Shown here piece after piece: positions 23,891 to 36,000 of a stretch of 64,000 bases of DNA. How positions within the stretch are numbered: position 1 is the first letter of the stretch; each line of letters starts with the position of its first letter. The stretch is from NCBI GenBank assembly GCA_038087875.1, contig CM075990.1, forward strand, positions 248,001 through 312,000, given 5' to 3'. The notes under the pieces were generated by a model that made no database searches, had not been told where the DNA came from, and worked only from the letters and a program-made list of their open reading frames with translations. The position numbers were made by a program, and so were the translations under genes. This DNA comes from Malacoraja senta (Eukaryota).

Positions 23891-24715
23891 TCAGTGCATG
23901 TGTGAGTTCAGAGAGGTTATGGCTTTTGGAAAGCAACTGTTCTTGAGTCTATTTGTCCTTGTTCTGATGCACCTATAGCGCCTCCCTGAGGGCAGCAGGT
24001 CAAACAGGCCAAATGCAGGATGGGAGCTGTCCTTAATGATGTTCTTCGCCCTGCTGAGGCAGCGGGAGGTGTAAATGTCCATCAGGGAGGGGAGAGGGCA
24101 GCCAATGATCTTCTGTGCTGCCCTAACTACCCTCTGGAGCCTCTCCTTGTCTGCCATGGTGCAGCTGCCGTACCATGCTGTAATGCAGTATGTAAGCAGG
24201 CTCTCAATGAACGAGCGGTAGAAGGTCAGCAGCAGGTTGGAGTCCAGGTTGTGCTTCCTGAGAACCCTCAGGAAGTGCAGCCGCTGCTGAGCCTTCTTGA
24301 TGATCGCTGTGATGTTGTCTGTCCAGGAGATGTCAGCGGAGATGAGGACGGCGAGAAACCGGAAGGTGTAGACCCTCTCCACACACTCGCCGTTGATGTA
24401 TAGGGGGGCTAAGTCGGTGCTGTGCCTCCTGAAGTCGACAATGAGCTCTTTTGTTTTCTTGGTGTTCAGAGCCAAGTTGTTTTCTGAGCACCAGGCTGTC
24501 AACTTCAGGACTTCCCCTCTATAGGCTGCCTCGTCTCCCCTTGAGATAAGTCCGACTACTGTAGTGTCGTCAGCAAACTTGACGATGCGGTTGTTGTTGT
24601 GGGCCGGACTACAGTCGTGGGTGTAGAGACAGTATAGGAGGGGGCTTAGCACACAGCCCTGTGGGGAGCCGGTACTCAACATGCGAGTGGAGGAGAGGTG
24701 GGGGCCAAGTCTCAC
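23891..24715 (-). CDS. Rex1/Babar reverse transcriptase C-terminal half
   Basis: [44 protein letters not shown]. Confidence 0.88.
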   Translation of the reverse strand: MRLGPHLSSTRMLSTGSPQGCVLSPLLYCLYTHDCSPAHNNNRIVKFADDTTVVGLISRGDEAAYRGEVLKLTAWCSENNLALNTKKTKELIVDFRRHSTDLAPLYINGECVERVYTFRFLAVLISADISWTDNITAIIKKAQQRLHFLRVLRKHNLDSNLLLTFYRSFIESLLTYCITAWYGSCTMADKERLQRVVRAAQKIIGCPLPSLMDIYTSRCLSRAKNIIKDSSHPAFGLFDLLPSGRRYRCIRTRTNRLKNSCFPKAITSLNSHMH

Positions 24716-24832
24716 TGTCTGGGGCCGGTTGGTGAGGAAGTCCTTTATCCAGGCACATGTGAGAGTGGGGAGGCCGAGAGTGACCAGTTTATCGATGAGA
24801 ATGTCCGGAATGATAGTATTGAAAGCTGAGCT

Positions 24833-26591
24833 TTTGGTGTATCGGAGTGTTCAACCATGAATAGGGTAGAGATGACTGGAGAGACAGTGGACAGCTCGGA
24901 AAGACGGCAACCGGGGTGGGGCGGGTTGGCAGCCCAAATCGCATCCTCTGAGAGGAGGAGACCCAAATCACGCTACAGAAAAAGACATGGAAAAATACCC
25001 CCGGGGTGCCCGAGATGGGGGGGGAGGATGAGCACCCCAATTTGACGGATCAAAGGTTAATGACTAATGGAAATGGACAACCAACTATGAGTATCAAATG
25101 CAGATGTGGAAAGGTCTGAAAGAACAGCCGAGGCCTGAAGATTCACCAGCCCCGGATGAAGTGTTTGGAGGGAGAGGGTGTTTCACATCGCACAGGTATT
25201 TTACCTGGTGAGACGCAGGAGGAGCCGGGCCCGGAATCACCCCATAGAGCCCGAAGCCTCCAAGTGGCGCAACTAGTCGCTCAGAACAGTTCTCCGGGGA
25301 AAGGTTCGAGTCAAATGGCCACAGGCCTGCAAGACGGCAGTCTGGCATCAGTTCGACGAGGACGTCGACAAGGTGCTAGAAGCAACTACTAAGGGAGACG
25401 TGGACCGAAGGCTGCGGACGATGATAACAACCATCATCAGCCTAGCTGTGGAAAGGTTTGGAGCAGTGGAGAAGATGCCAGCCAGAACACCTTTCACCAT
25501 GAACCAACGAGCAACAAAGATCCACAAGATCCGGCAGGAGCTGAAGTCCCTCAAGAAGCAGTATAAAGAGGCCAGCGAAGTGCAATGTCCCCCCTTGGCT
25601 GAGCTGCAAACCATCCTGAGGAAGAAGCTGATGACCCTTCATAGAGCTGAGTGGCACCGAAGACGCCGGAAGGAAAGAGCCAGGAAGCGAGCATCCTTCA
25701 TAGCCAACCCTTTCGGCTTCACCAAACAACTGCTGGGGCAGAAGCGCAGTGGGAGTTTGGCTTGCTCTAAGGAGGAGATCGACCAGCACATCCAGACGAC
25801 CTACAGTGACCCCGTCAGGCAGCAGGAGCTGGGCCAGTGCAACATCCTGATAAAACCACCTCCACCCATCAAGGAGTTTGATAGTAGAGAGCCACTCCTG
25901 AAAGAGGTCCAGGACGTTGTGAAAAGAGCAAGATCTGGCTCAGCCCCTGGCCCAAGCAGAGTCCCCTACAGGGTCTACAAGAACTGCCCTTTGTTACTGA
26001 AACGGCTGTGGAAGATCCTGAAAGTCATCTGGAGGTGAGGGAAAGTGGCGCAGCAGTGGCGATTCGCTGAAGGAGTCTGGATCCCAAAGGAAGAAGATTC
26101 CAAGAAGATCGATCAGTTCAGGATCATCTCCTTGTTAAGCGTTGAAGACAAGATCTTCTTCAGCATAGTGGCGAGGCGGCTGACCAACTTCCTCTCCAGC
26201 AATGGCTACATCGACAGCTCAGTGCAAAAGGGAGGCTTGTCTGGAGTGCCGGGGTGTCTAGAGCACATGGGAGTGGTGACCCAGCTCATCAGAGAAGCCA
26301 GGGAGAACAAGGGAAACCTGACAGTGCTCTGGCTTGACCTGGCCAACGCCTACGGCTCCATCCCGCACAAGCTGATCCAGACAGTTATGGCCAAGCATCA
26401 TGTGCCGGGCCAAGTGGCAGATCTCATCCTGGACTATTACAACCAGTTCAGCATGAGTGTCTCATCAGGGTCAGTAACATCAGAGTGGCACAGACTGGAA
26501 GTTGGGATCATCACAGGCTGTACCCTCTCTGTGATCCTTTTTGCCTTGGCGATGAACATGATCGTCAAGTCTGCTGAGCCAGAGTGCCGGG
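24833..26591 (+). mobile_element. HERO-like (R2-group) non-LTR retrotransposon, 5' part, pseudogenised
   Basis: N-terminal zinc finger CRCGKV*KNSRGLKIHQPRMKC (about 25098-25165). RT motifs SAPGPS, WIPKE, FRIISLLSVE, QKGG..GCLEH, WLDLANAYGSIPH, GIITGCTLS. The element ends before the YxDD motif. Confidence 0.85.
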
Positions 26592-26656
26592 GCAGTCTCG
26601 ACCCGAAACGGCACCTACTCCTTTTCTCCCAAGATGCTGTCTGACCCGCTGAGTTA

Positions 26657-26970
26657 TGGGCCTGTCCCACTTGGCGATTTTTTTAGGCAACTGCCTGCGA
26701 TCGTCATAGTCGTAGCAGGTCGCCGAAAAAACGGTGACAACCTATGTCATCCTGTTGACAACCTATGACAGCACCTACATCAGGAGAAGGCAAGCTACGC
26801 TCAATGGCATCAAACCTGCTGTGGGCCGAAATGTTTTCAACATGTTGAAAATTTAGCAGCGATCAGAAAGATGCTACGACTTTTTGTGCGACTGAGGAAA
26901 CTACTCCTGGCGACCACTGGCGAACTAGTCGCCTGTAGTTGCCTAAAAAATCGCCTGTGGGACAGGCCCA
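26657..26970. mobile_element. PIF/Harbinger-like MITE
   Basis: TIR TGGGCCTGTCCCAC. It duplicates TTA inside the GCTGAG-TTA-CTCCAGC repeat. Confidence 0.82.
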
Positions 26971-27384
26971 TTTACTCCAGCTTTATGTGTCAATGCACAG
27001 AAAATAAGGACCTATTCTCAAGAATTGACTGAGATTTACAAAGATTACTAATTTAAATAAATGATGTGAAGCCTGCATGAGGTAAAAAGCCATCATTTAT
27101 AAATGGCAGGAAGTTTAAAGTGACAATGTGAGATAAACACTCCACTGAGTTGATGTTATATTCCACTGACACATATATTGTGGGTCAAAGAACCAAACTG
27201 CTGCTCCAATTTACTAAACTGCTTTACCACAATCTCAGATATATGTATGGACAACACTGTTCAGAGCACAGAAAAAGTGCAAACTTTCCTCTCCTGACTC
27301 CAGCACACTCCACTGAATAAGACTGAGATACTTAAAGTTCTGGCTAGAACCTCCTCATGGAAATTGTACAGAAGGTGGCAACAT

Positions 27385-27755
27385 AGTGAAAGGCCTGCAT
27401 AGAGTGGATGTGGAGAGGATGTTTCCACTAGTGCGAGAGGCCAGGACCAGAGGCCATAGCCTCAGAATTAAAGGGGGTTCCTTCAGGAAGGAGATGAGGT
27501 GGAATTTCTTTAGTCAGAGGGCGGTGAATCTGTGGAATTTTTTGCCACAGAAGGCTGTGGAGGCCGTCAGTGGATATGTTTAAGGCAAAGATAGATAGAT
27601 TCTTGATTAGTACAGGTGTCAGGGGTTATGGGGAGAAGGTAGGAGAATAGGGTTAAGAGGGAGAGATAGATCAGCCATGATTGAATGGCAGAGTAGACTT
27701 GATGGGCTGAATGGCCTAATTCTGATCCTATCACTTATGAACTTGTGAACCTATG
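27385..27755 (+). mobile_element. CR1 3' fragment
   Basis: RTRGHSLRIKG...FFSQRAVNLWN followed by CR1 3' UTR. Confidence 0.8.
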
Positions 27756-27879
27756 AGCATTAAGGCCATGACTATCTGCTACAATTAAAAAATAGAAAAT
27801 TCTCAGTGGCTCAGTGTGCATCTGTGGGAAGAGAAATAGAATTAACATTGAACGTAGAATACTGAACAGTGTAACAGTG

Positions 27880-28555
27880 ACCCCGACAGTCTTATCAGGT
27901 GAGGTGGACGTTCACTTGCACCTCCTCCAACCTCATCTATTGCATTTATTGTTCTCGGTGTGGACTTCTGTATATCGGCAAGACCAGGCGTAGACTGGCC
28001 AACATTTTTGCTGAACACCTTCGTTCAGTCCGCCTTGGCCTATGCGATCTCTCGGTTTCTAAACACTTTAACTCCCCTTCCCATACTGACCTTTCTGCCC
28101 TGGGCCTCCTCCACTGTTGGAGTGAGGCCCAACACACATTGGAGGATCGGCATCTCATACAGTATTTCACTTGGGCAGCTTACAACCCAGTGGGATCAGT
28201 TTTGATTTCTCTCATTTTAAGCAACCCTTGCATTCTCTCTCTCTCCACACCTCCCCCAACCTAGTCGGCCTGCCAGTTCCACTGTTCTCATCCATGTCTC
28301 CATTTGGTATCACCTCTTCCCCAGCCAACAACATTATGGGCTCCATCTTTCCTTTGTCATCGGTGCCGACTCTGATTTGTTTGGAACATTTTAATTGCTC
28401 TTGTTTCCCTTTCCCCTGACTCTCAGTCTAAAGATGGGTCTCGACCCGAAACGTCATCCATTCCTTCTCTCCAGAGCTGCTGCTTGTCACGCTGAGTTAC
28501 TCCAGCATTTTGTGTCTACCTTTGATTTAAACCAGTATTTACTGTTCTTTCCTAC
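27880..28555 (+). mobile_element. Penelope-like element 3' fragment with GIY-YIG endonuclease remnant
   Basis: FTCTSSNLIYCIYCSRCGLLYIGKTRRRL...EHLRSV (LIY..CxxC..YIG), followed by a degenerate hammerhead core at about 28427-28454. Confidence 0.88.
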
Positions 28556-28752
28556 ACACACACACATATATATACACACACACACACATACGTATACACA
28601 TACACACATATATGTGTATATATATAATATATCAATCATATATATATAATATATATATATATATAATATATAAATCATATATATATTATATATATATATA
28701 TATAATATATATAAATCATATATATATTATATATATATATAATATATAAATC

Positions 28753-28789
<37 letters not shown>

Positions 28790-28835
28790 TATGTATATAT
28801 ATGTGCATATGTTTATAGACACGCATGTGTGTATA
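28553..28835. repeat. Compound (AC)n/(AT)n microsatellite
   Basis: Directly visible dinucleotide runs. Confidence 0.95.
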
Positions 28836-28844
28836 TGAAAGTAG

Positions 28845-29960
28845 CAATGACTAGAGGGCATACTGTACTTTTATGATCCGAGGGGCAAGGTTTAAAGGAG
28901 ATGCGCAGGGCAATTTTTTTTCAAAGCGCTTGGTCCTGGAATGTGCTGCCAAGAGTGGTGGTGGAGGCAGATATGCTTGAGGTAGAAAATAGGCTTTTGA
29001 ATAGGAACATGGAAATGCAGGGAATAACGAATAAGAATCATATGCAGGCAGAAGAGATTAGTTCAACTTGACATCATGTTTGGTGTGGACATTGTGCGCC
29101 AGTGGGCCTGTTCCTGTGCTGTACTAAATTATGTCAGGCGGGCTTGAGTTATAAGGAGCAGTTGGATAAGCAGGCCCCATTTTCTTGGAGCATTTGAGTC
29201 TGAGAAGTGACCATAAGTTGATTTATAAAATCATGAGGAAAAAGATAAGGTGAATGCTGACAGATCTTTTGCCACAGTATACAGAAGCCTAAAAGTAGAG
29301 GGCATAGATTTAAGATGAGAGGGCAAAGGGACTTGAAAAATGGGAATGTGGATACAGAGGGTGACGGGTACGTGGAACGGACTTCCAGAGGAAGCTGAGA
29401 GGAGGGTACAATTACAATGTTTTCAAGGCACATTTACCTACTGTAGGTGCATGGATAGGAAAGGATCAGAGGATTTCTTGGAGCGCAGGAGGATAAGAGG
29501 TAATGTTATAGAGGTGTATAAGATTATGGGAATAGGCAGGGTGAATATACAGTTATTTACCCATAGTAGATGAATCAATAACCAGGGATATTGGTTTAGG
29601 GTGAGACAGGAAAGATTTAATAGGAACCTGTGGGGTAACATTTTCACACAGAGGGTGGTGAGTATATGGAACGAGCTGCCAGAGGAGATAATTGAGGTAG
29701 GTACTGTGGCAACATATAAAAGGCATTTGAATTAGTACATGGATAGGAAAGGTTTATAGGGACATGTGCCTTAACTCAGGCAGGTGGGACTGGTGTGGAT
29801 GGGGCATCTTAGTCGGTATGTGCAAGTTGGTCTGAAGGGCCTGTTTACATGCTGTACGACCCTATGAATCTCTAAGGCTCTATGATATCAGCCAAGCAGA
29901 GGGTAATGGGACTCACTCAACTTGGGCAGCATGAACAGCTTGGGCGAAGAGACTGTTTCC
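28845..29960 (+). mobile_element. Cluster of old CR1 3' fragments
   Basis: Repeated RGH/FFTQRVV-type coding remnants and CR1 3' UTRs. Confidence 0.65.
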
Positions 29961-30330
29961 GTCTAACTCCGTGACACTACATTTTGTTTTGTATCTGATA
30001 ATCAATGACCACTACATGCTTGAATGTCATTCTAATGCCATGTGTTCTATTTTATTCAGGAACCCCCTGTGTGGGATCTGAATGCACCACCTCATCTATT
30101 CCACCAGATGTGTGTATTACCCCCTTCAAACCTGCACAATCCTTTAATTCGATCATAGTTGATTCTATCTCAATGCCACAATCTTTCTTTCTCCCATTTC
30201 TGTACTCCTCATATAGGGGAGACCTCCTCACTGAATCTAGTCAGAACAGGATCCTGCATATTTCAATGAGTCTCCTCTCATTGTCCTGAAGTCTTGTCAA
30301 TATAAACGTGGGTAATCCGATCTGCACTTA

Positions 30331-30764
30331 AGGGCCTGTCCCACTTAGGCTATATTTAGGCGACTGTCATAGTCGTAGCAGGTTGCCTAAAAAACGGCGA
30401 CTGGACTCCCCTTCGACATAAAATTTGAAATAGAATCATTACTTTAACAACAACAAAAACAAAGTCAGTACCGGCGACAACCTACGTCACCTGGTGACAA
30501 CCTACGTTAACCTGGCGACAACTACCACAGCACTTACGTCAGGAAAAGTGAAGCTATGCTCTTTGGCGTCAAACCCCCTGTCACTGACTGTCTCCGAAAA
30601 CGTTTCAACATGTTGAAAATCCAGCGGCGACCAGAAAGACCCTACGACTCTTTGGGCGACTGAGGAGACTACTCACGACCATACAGGCGACACCCTGGCG
30701 ACCATGTGGCAACAGCCTAGTCGCCTGTAGTTACCAAAAAAATCGCCTAAGTGGGTCAGGCCCT
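30331..30764. mobile_element. PIF/Harbinger-like MITE
   Basis: TIR AGGGCCTGTCCCACTTAGGC / GCCTAAGTGGGTCAGGCCCT with TTA on both sides. Same family as 26657. Confidence 0.82.
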
Positions 30765-30857
30765 TTACTTTAACAAGTGCATGTGTAGGAAAAATGTTGA
30801 GGATTTATGGGGCAAACACTGGCAAATGGGACTAGTTCACATCGATAACTTGAACAG

Positions 30858-31069
30858 TGTAGGATGGAACTGCAGATGCTGCTTTAAACTGAAGATAGAC
30901 ACAAAAAGCTGGAGTAACTCAGCAGGACAGGCAGCATCTCTGCAGAGAAGGAATGGGTGATGTTTTGGGTCGAGATTTCAGAAGGGTTTCGATCTGAAAC
31001 GTCACCCATTCCTTCCCTCCAGTGATGCTGCCTGTCCCACTGAGTTACTCCAGCTTTTTGTGTCTATTT
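30858..31069. mobile_element. Penelope-derived foldback element
   Basis: Inverted arms flanked by the 15-bp direct repeat CGATAACTTGAACAG (30843-30857, 31070-31084). Confidence 0.78.
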
Positions 31070-31954
31070 CGATAACTTGAACAGCATGGATGAGTTTGGC
31101 CAAGGAGCCAACAATCTGTGTTATACCACTCCATGACCTCATTGTAAAACTTTATGACTATGCTAAGGTGCATTGAAAAGATAAAAAGCATTCTCTTTTC
31201 TAACTTTTCCCCTGGCATTCACATGGCATGTACAGTTATGGACCTAACTCTGTGAGATTAATGCACCCAAGGATTCTGCTCTAGCAAATCCTTTTGCCTA
31301 ACTCTCTACTGCTTAAGCTACATCCTTTGTGAACTTCTGTCTAACTTCCCCATTACACTCCATGCCCTGCTTGTTCCTCTAGGCTGTTCCACAGTTGCGC
31401 TTGTAATTCATTGTCTCTTAAGCCATGTTTGATCTGCAGCTTTTATCCGAAGGCAAGCAGAAATAATGTCTTCTTATTAGTTGTTCTTGCCAACCTGATG
31501 AAAAAGCTTTAGCTAATTATAGCTGTCAAGTGAACACAGAAGCAATTCTTCCCAAGTCCATGACTGATTGTCTACTTTCAGAAGTTAGCACAGTAAGTGG
31601 AGAGTCACACTGTGCTCGGAGGTATTATCTTACAAAAGAACCTAACTCATGAAAAGAAAGAAGAAAATAACATTTATATGTTTTCATTTTTAATGTTAGG
31701 ACAATGTAAAAGACTTTAAAGGCAACGATCCACTTCTGACATGCAGTCACTATTACAATATGCATGCAAATTACTCACATTCCCAGATGCAACAACATGA
31801 TGATACTTCTGTATTCATGAGAAAGAGAATGCTGGAAATACTCAGGTAGACAGTAGGCAGGTAGAAAGGTCAAAACCAACACAAGAAGTTTGGGACAAAA
31901 ATTAAATAATATTCATTTGTGACCCTCAGACTATCTTTGATCAGACTTCCTGGG

Positions 31955-32215
31955 GGCATGAACATTGAATTCTCCCTATTTTTTTAGCCCCTGCCGTCTC
32001 CTCCCTTTCCTATCCCTCCCTCAGCTCTCGGGCTCCTCCTCCTCCTTTTTCCTTTTTTCTCCCCGCCCACCCCCCACCCCCAACCCCTATCAGTCTGAAG
32101 AAGGGTTTCATCCCGAAACGTTGCCTATTTCCTTCGCTCCATAGATGCTGCTGCACCCGCTGAGTTTCTCCAGCATTTTTGTGTACCTTCGATTTTCCAG
32201 CATCTGCAGTTCCTT
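31955..32215 (+). mobile_element. Penelope-like 3' end, second subfamily
   Basis: GGCATGAACATTGAATTCTCC end of ORF; core CTGAAGAAGGGTTTCATCCCGAAACGTT at 32095-32122. Confidence 0.7.
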
Positions 32216-33055
32216 TGATCGGACTTTGCTGGCTTTACCATGCACAAAACGTTCATCCCTTATCATGGACTTGATAAGTTGTAAATAGCTCGATTGGAAT
32301 AATGTAATGTCTTTCCGCTGACTGGATAGCACACAACAAAAGCTTTTCACTGTACATTGGTACACATAACAATAAACTAAACTAAACTAAACTAAGTTCA
32401 TCAACTTCATGACTAATTTCTATCCTGAACTCAAATTCACTTGGACCATCTCCGACAACTGCCTACTGTTTCTGGACCTCACCTGTCCCGCTGAGTTACT
32501 CCAGCATTTTGTGTCTATTTCCAAGTCTTTTCAACCATTCCCTACAGCTAACACCCCCCAATCCAGGCATAATTCTGATAAACCTCCTCTGCATCCTATC
32601 CAGACCTTCCACATCCTTCATGTAATGGGGTGACTAGAGCTGCGTGCAATATATAAAATGCGGCCTTACCAAAGTCTTATAAAGCTGCACCATGAGATGC
32701 AAAGGACTTGGTTAGAAAGTTTGTGGTGAATGTACTGAGGGAAAAGTGAAGAGAAAGAAAATAGAGTGGAGAGGCTGTGACAGGTGCAGATACAATGAGG
32801 GAAGGATGAGGTGGGGTTAGTGACTGAGGCAAAGTGAGAGAACAGTGAAAATACATTCATGTAGTGAAGGGTAGAAGGTAATAGCCAGAGTTCCGTTAGA
32901 GTTCAGAGGAGATATTGGGAAAGTAGGAACTGGATAGGGCAAAATGATAGGAGTGCCCTGGGTAGAAATATAATTGGATTTACTAACTGAGTTAGTAATT
33001 TTGTGCATTTTCCAGCATTTTGTGTCTACTAAACTAAGATGGCTGGGCAAGCTAT

Positions 33056-36000
33056 ATAATAGTTAGATTAAATGAGAACTTACCAGATTGAAGTTTGATC
33101 TTTTTTTTATGAGGAGTTACGTTGGTGATAACGTGACGAAGTCCCGTCAGAGCGCATGCGCGTCAATCTTCAAAGCAGCGGTATGAAATCACAGATAACA
33201 GAATATTTGAAGTAACATAGTAAGATCAGCAACATGAGAACTACCATATGGCCTTTATGAGAGAGATGGTTGGGCATGGTGGCACGTAATCACCAACGTA
33301 ACTCCTCATAAAATAAAGATCAAACTGGTAAGTACTCGTTTAATCTTACTATTTTACTTCGGAGTCACGTGAGTGATTCCGTGAAGAGTTCAAAGCTCTG
33401 TGATTTTATGCCGCAGATTCAAATCCCGGCTTCTCACTGCATTGATTGCGTTAAACATGAAATTGAATATCATGCAGTAACAATTGATTTAAATAATCAA
33501 AACAATAACCCCTCTACCCCAGAGGAAACTTAAACAGAACTTAATACTGAATTTGCAAAAAGCCCTCAATCGGCAATCGGCCGATGGTAAAAATTGTTGA
33601 AAAAACAATTCATTTGACCACCTGTAAGAATATGGTCGATGGGAACATCCATCGCCCTGGCCACCGACGTTGCTGCTGCACAAGTGAAAATGAGATGTAT
33701 ACACGTCAGTGTTAATACCTGCCTGAATCAACACTTGGTTTAACCACCTTGACATAGTCTGCACTGACACTCTCTTGTGTGGTTTCTTGTAACTGATAAA
33801 CAATCCTGTATCCACATGTCTTAAGGTCCTTGTAGCTTCAATATAATGTAATACATGTGTCCTTACACATCAACATGGATCAGTAGGTTATGCTGAAAAC
33901 ACAATTTTAAAACCTGTGACACCTGGCCTGCTCTGCTTGAGCAGGTCGTAAATATATAACATAACATTCTCTTCAGCCACCTCCATCCTGTCTAGCTGAA
34001 GCTTTTGCAAAATCTGCACTCGCTATGCTGAACCAATGCCATGAGCATGACCACCTTCATGGTGAGTTTGGCCAATTCAGAGACGTGACAGGAACCCACT
34101 GTCAAAGCATCTTGAGGACCACACTTACATCCCAGATCGCCATATACCTGGGTTTGGGAGGTTTGGAGTTGAAATTCCTTTCATCAATCGAGCTATGAGA
34201 GGATGAAAATCCAATAGGATCTTTTCCTGACCCCATCAAAACACGAGGACAAAGCACTTAAAGCTGTATTAATGGCGCTATAACTGAGCCCCTCGTCATA
34301 GTAGAGTGTCGACAGGAACTCTAAAACATCCACAATACCTGCAGTACTATAGTCAATATTATTTTGTACACAATATTGCTCCCATTTTTTTATATAAGTA
34401 ATATACTGCTTTTGAGTACTCTTTCTCCAGGCTGCAGCGAGCATGTCCACCGTTCGGCCAGACAGTCCTCGCCCCAGGTATGGCCTTCTTAAAACCTGCA
34501 AATTAACAAGTCAATACGGTCACATAACGGATGACTTTCCCGTGTTAGCGGATGCTCCAGTAAATTCCTATGCTTGGGAACCACCAAAGGAGGTTGGATC
34601 GCTAACTGTAACATCAAAGGAAACCATGCTTGAGTCGACCAATTAGGTATTACAAGCACCCCCGAAGTGGCATCCTGCTTGATTTTTTCCAGACTCCGAC
34701 CTATGAGGCAGAATGGTTTGAAAATATATTAAAAAACATACCACCCCAATGTAGCGAGAAAGCGCCAATTGCAACTGCCCCCTGGTCTGGTTCCCATGAA
34801 ACATATTTAGGCAGCTGGTGGTTAAGCCTTGATGCAAAACAAATCAATATCTGGCATTCATATATAAGTACTTTATTATTGAACACCTCGTGGTTCAACA
34901 TCCAATCTGTGTTGTCATGGAACTTTCGTGACCTGGCATCTGCTACTATGTTGAATCTACCTGGTAGATAAATAGCTGGAAACCAAATATCATTATCAAT
35001 ACACCAGGCCCAAATTTGATTAGCCAATCTGTCACAAGATGCTGACTTGATTCCACCCATGTGATTAATATATATGCCACTGCCGTATTATTGTCAATCT
35101 GAAACTGAACATGCAGGTTACCTTTGTTAGAGCAATAAGCCTTATCCATAAAAAGCTCCTAAACACTCTAAATAGTTAATTCCCCAAGTCTGCAGAAGCA
35201 ATGCCTCTTGCTCAGTCCATCTGCCTCCACAGCTGAAACTCGTATCCGTGGCACTCCACCCGAGTGCACTGACATTCATCTGCAAAATCATGGAAGGCTG
35301 CTCAAGCACTATCTTGCTCGAACTACTGGACAAATGCTGAAGCCACCATTGCAAATCAGAAACAGCCTCTGCTGATAACTGCATGGGTCTATTATAATGA
35401 CCCGAATGTATCCTTAGTGCCTCCATTAGCTTGATACAGCTGTCAATTAGCTCTACCCTTTCTCCCTGGGCAGAGTCACTACCATGTTAATTGAATCAAT
35501 TGTGACCCAAATAGTCAGGTGTTCATTTGGATTTCTCTGGATGTATAATGCCCAATCTTTTAAAAGTGGATTTAACAACTACCACCGGTTACTTCAGCTG
35601 TTTGTCTTGGATACCCCTGTAATGAAGATATAATCGAGATATGCCATGAGCACATGACCCTGGCCTCTCAAAATGCCTAGTATATGTTTTACAAATGTTG
35701 TGCCATTGTTGATCCATCCAGGTGAATTTCAAATGTCTTCTATCCTGCAAATGAACAGACACTGAGTAATACGCATCTTAAGCTCTATAGTCGCCATATA
35801 GCATCCTCTGGACCCAGTTGCTTGGCAGTGAAAATGTTTCCATCTTAAAATGTCTATACTGCATCCCCCATCCTTTTTTGACCTGGGAAAAAATATTAGA
35901 CACAAATTGATGGAGGTGGTGAACCGACTTTCCAATTACACCTTTATCGCATAAGCTTTCAAGCGCAGCCTGAACCTCCATCTGTTCTGTTAATGAAAAC

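Larger units (their letters stand above)
22514..24832 (-). mobile_element. Rex1/Babar-like LINE, 5'-truncated, with a DNA transposon in its 3' UTR
   Basis: RT ORF 23891-24715; tail TGACAATAAA and (CTATT)n at 22514-22570. Confidence 0.88.

Noticed and set aside
24833..24990. HDV-like ribozyme at the HERO 5' end, by analogy to R2
   Set aside because: I could not build P1/P2/P3 pairings by hand.
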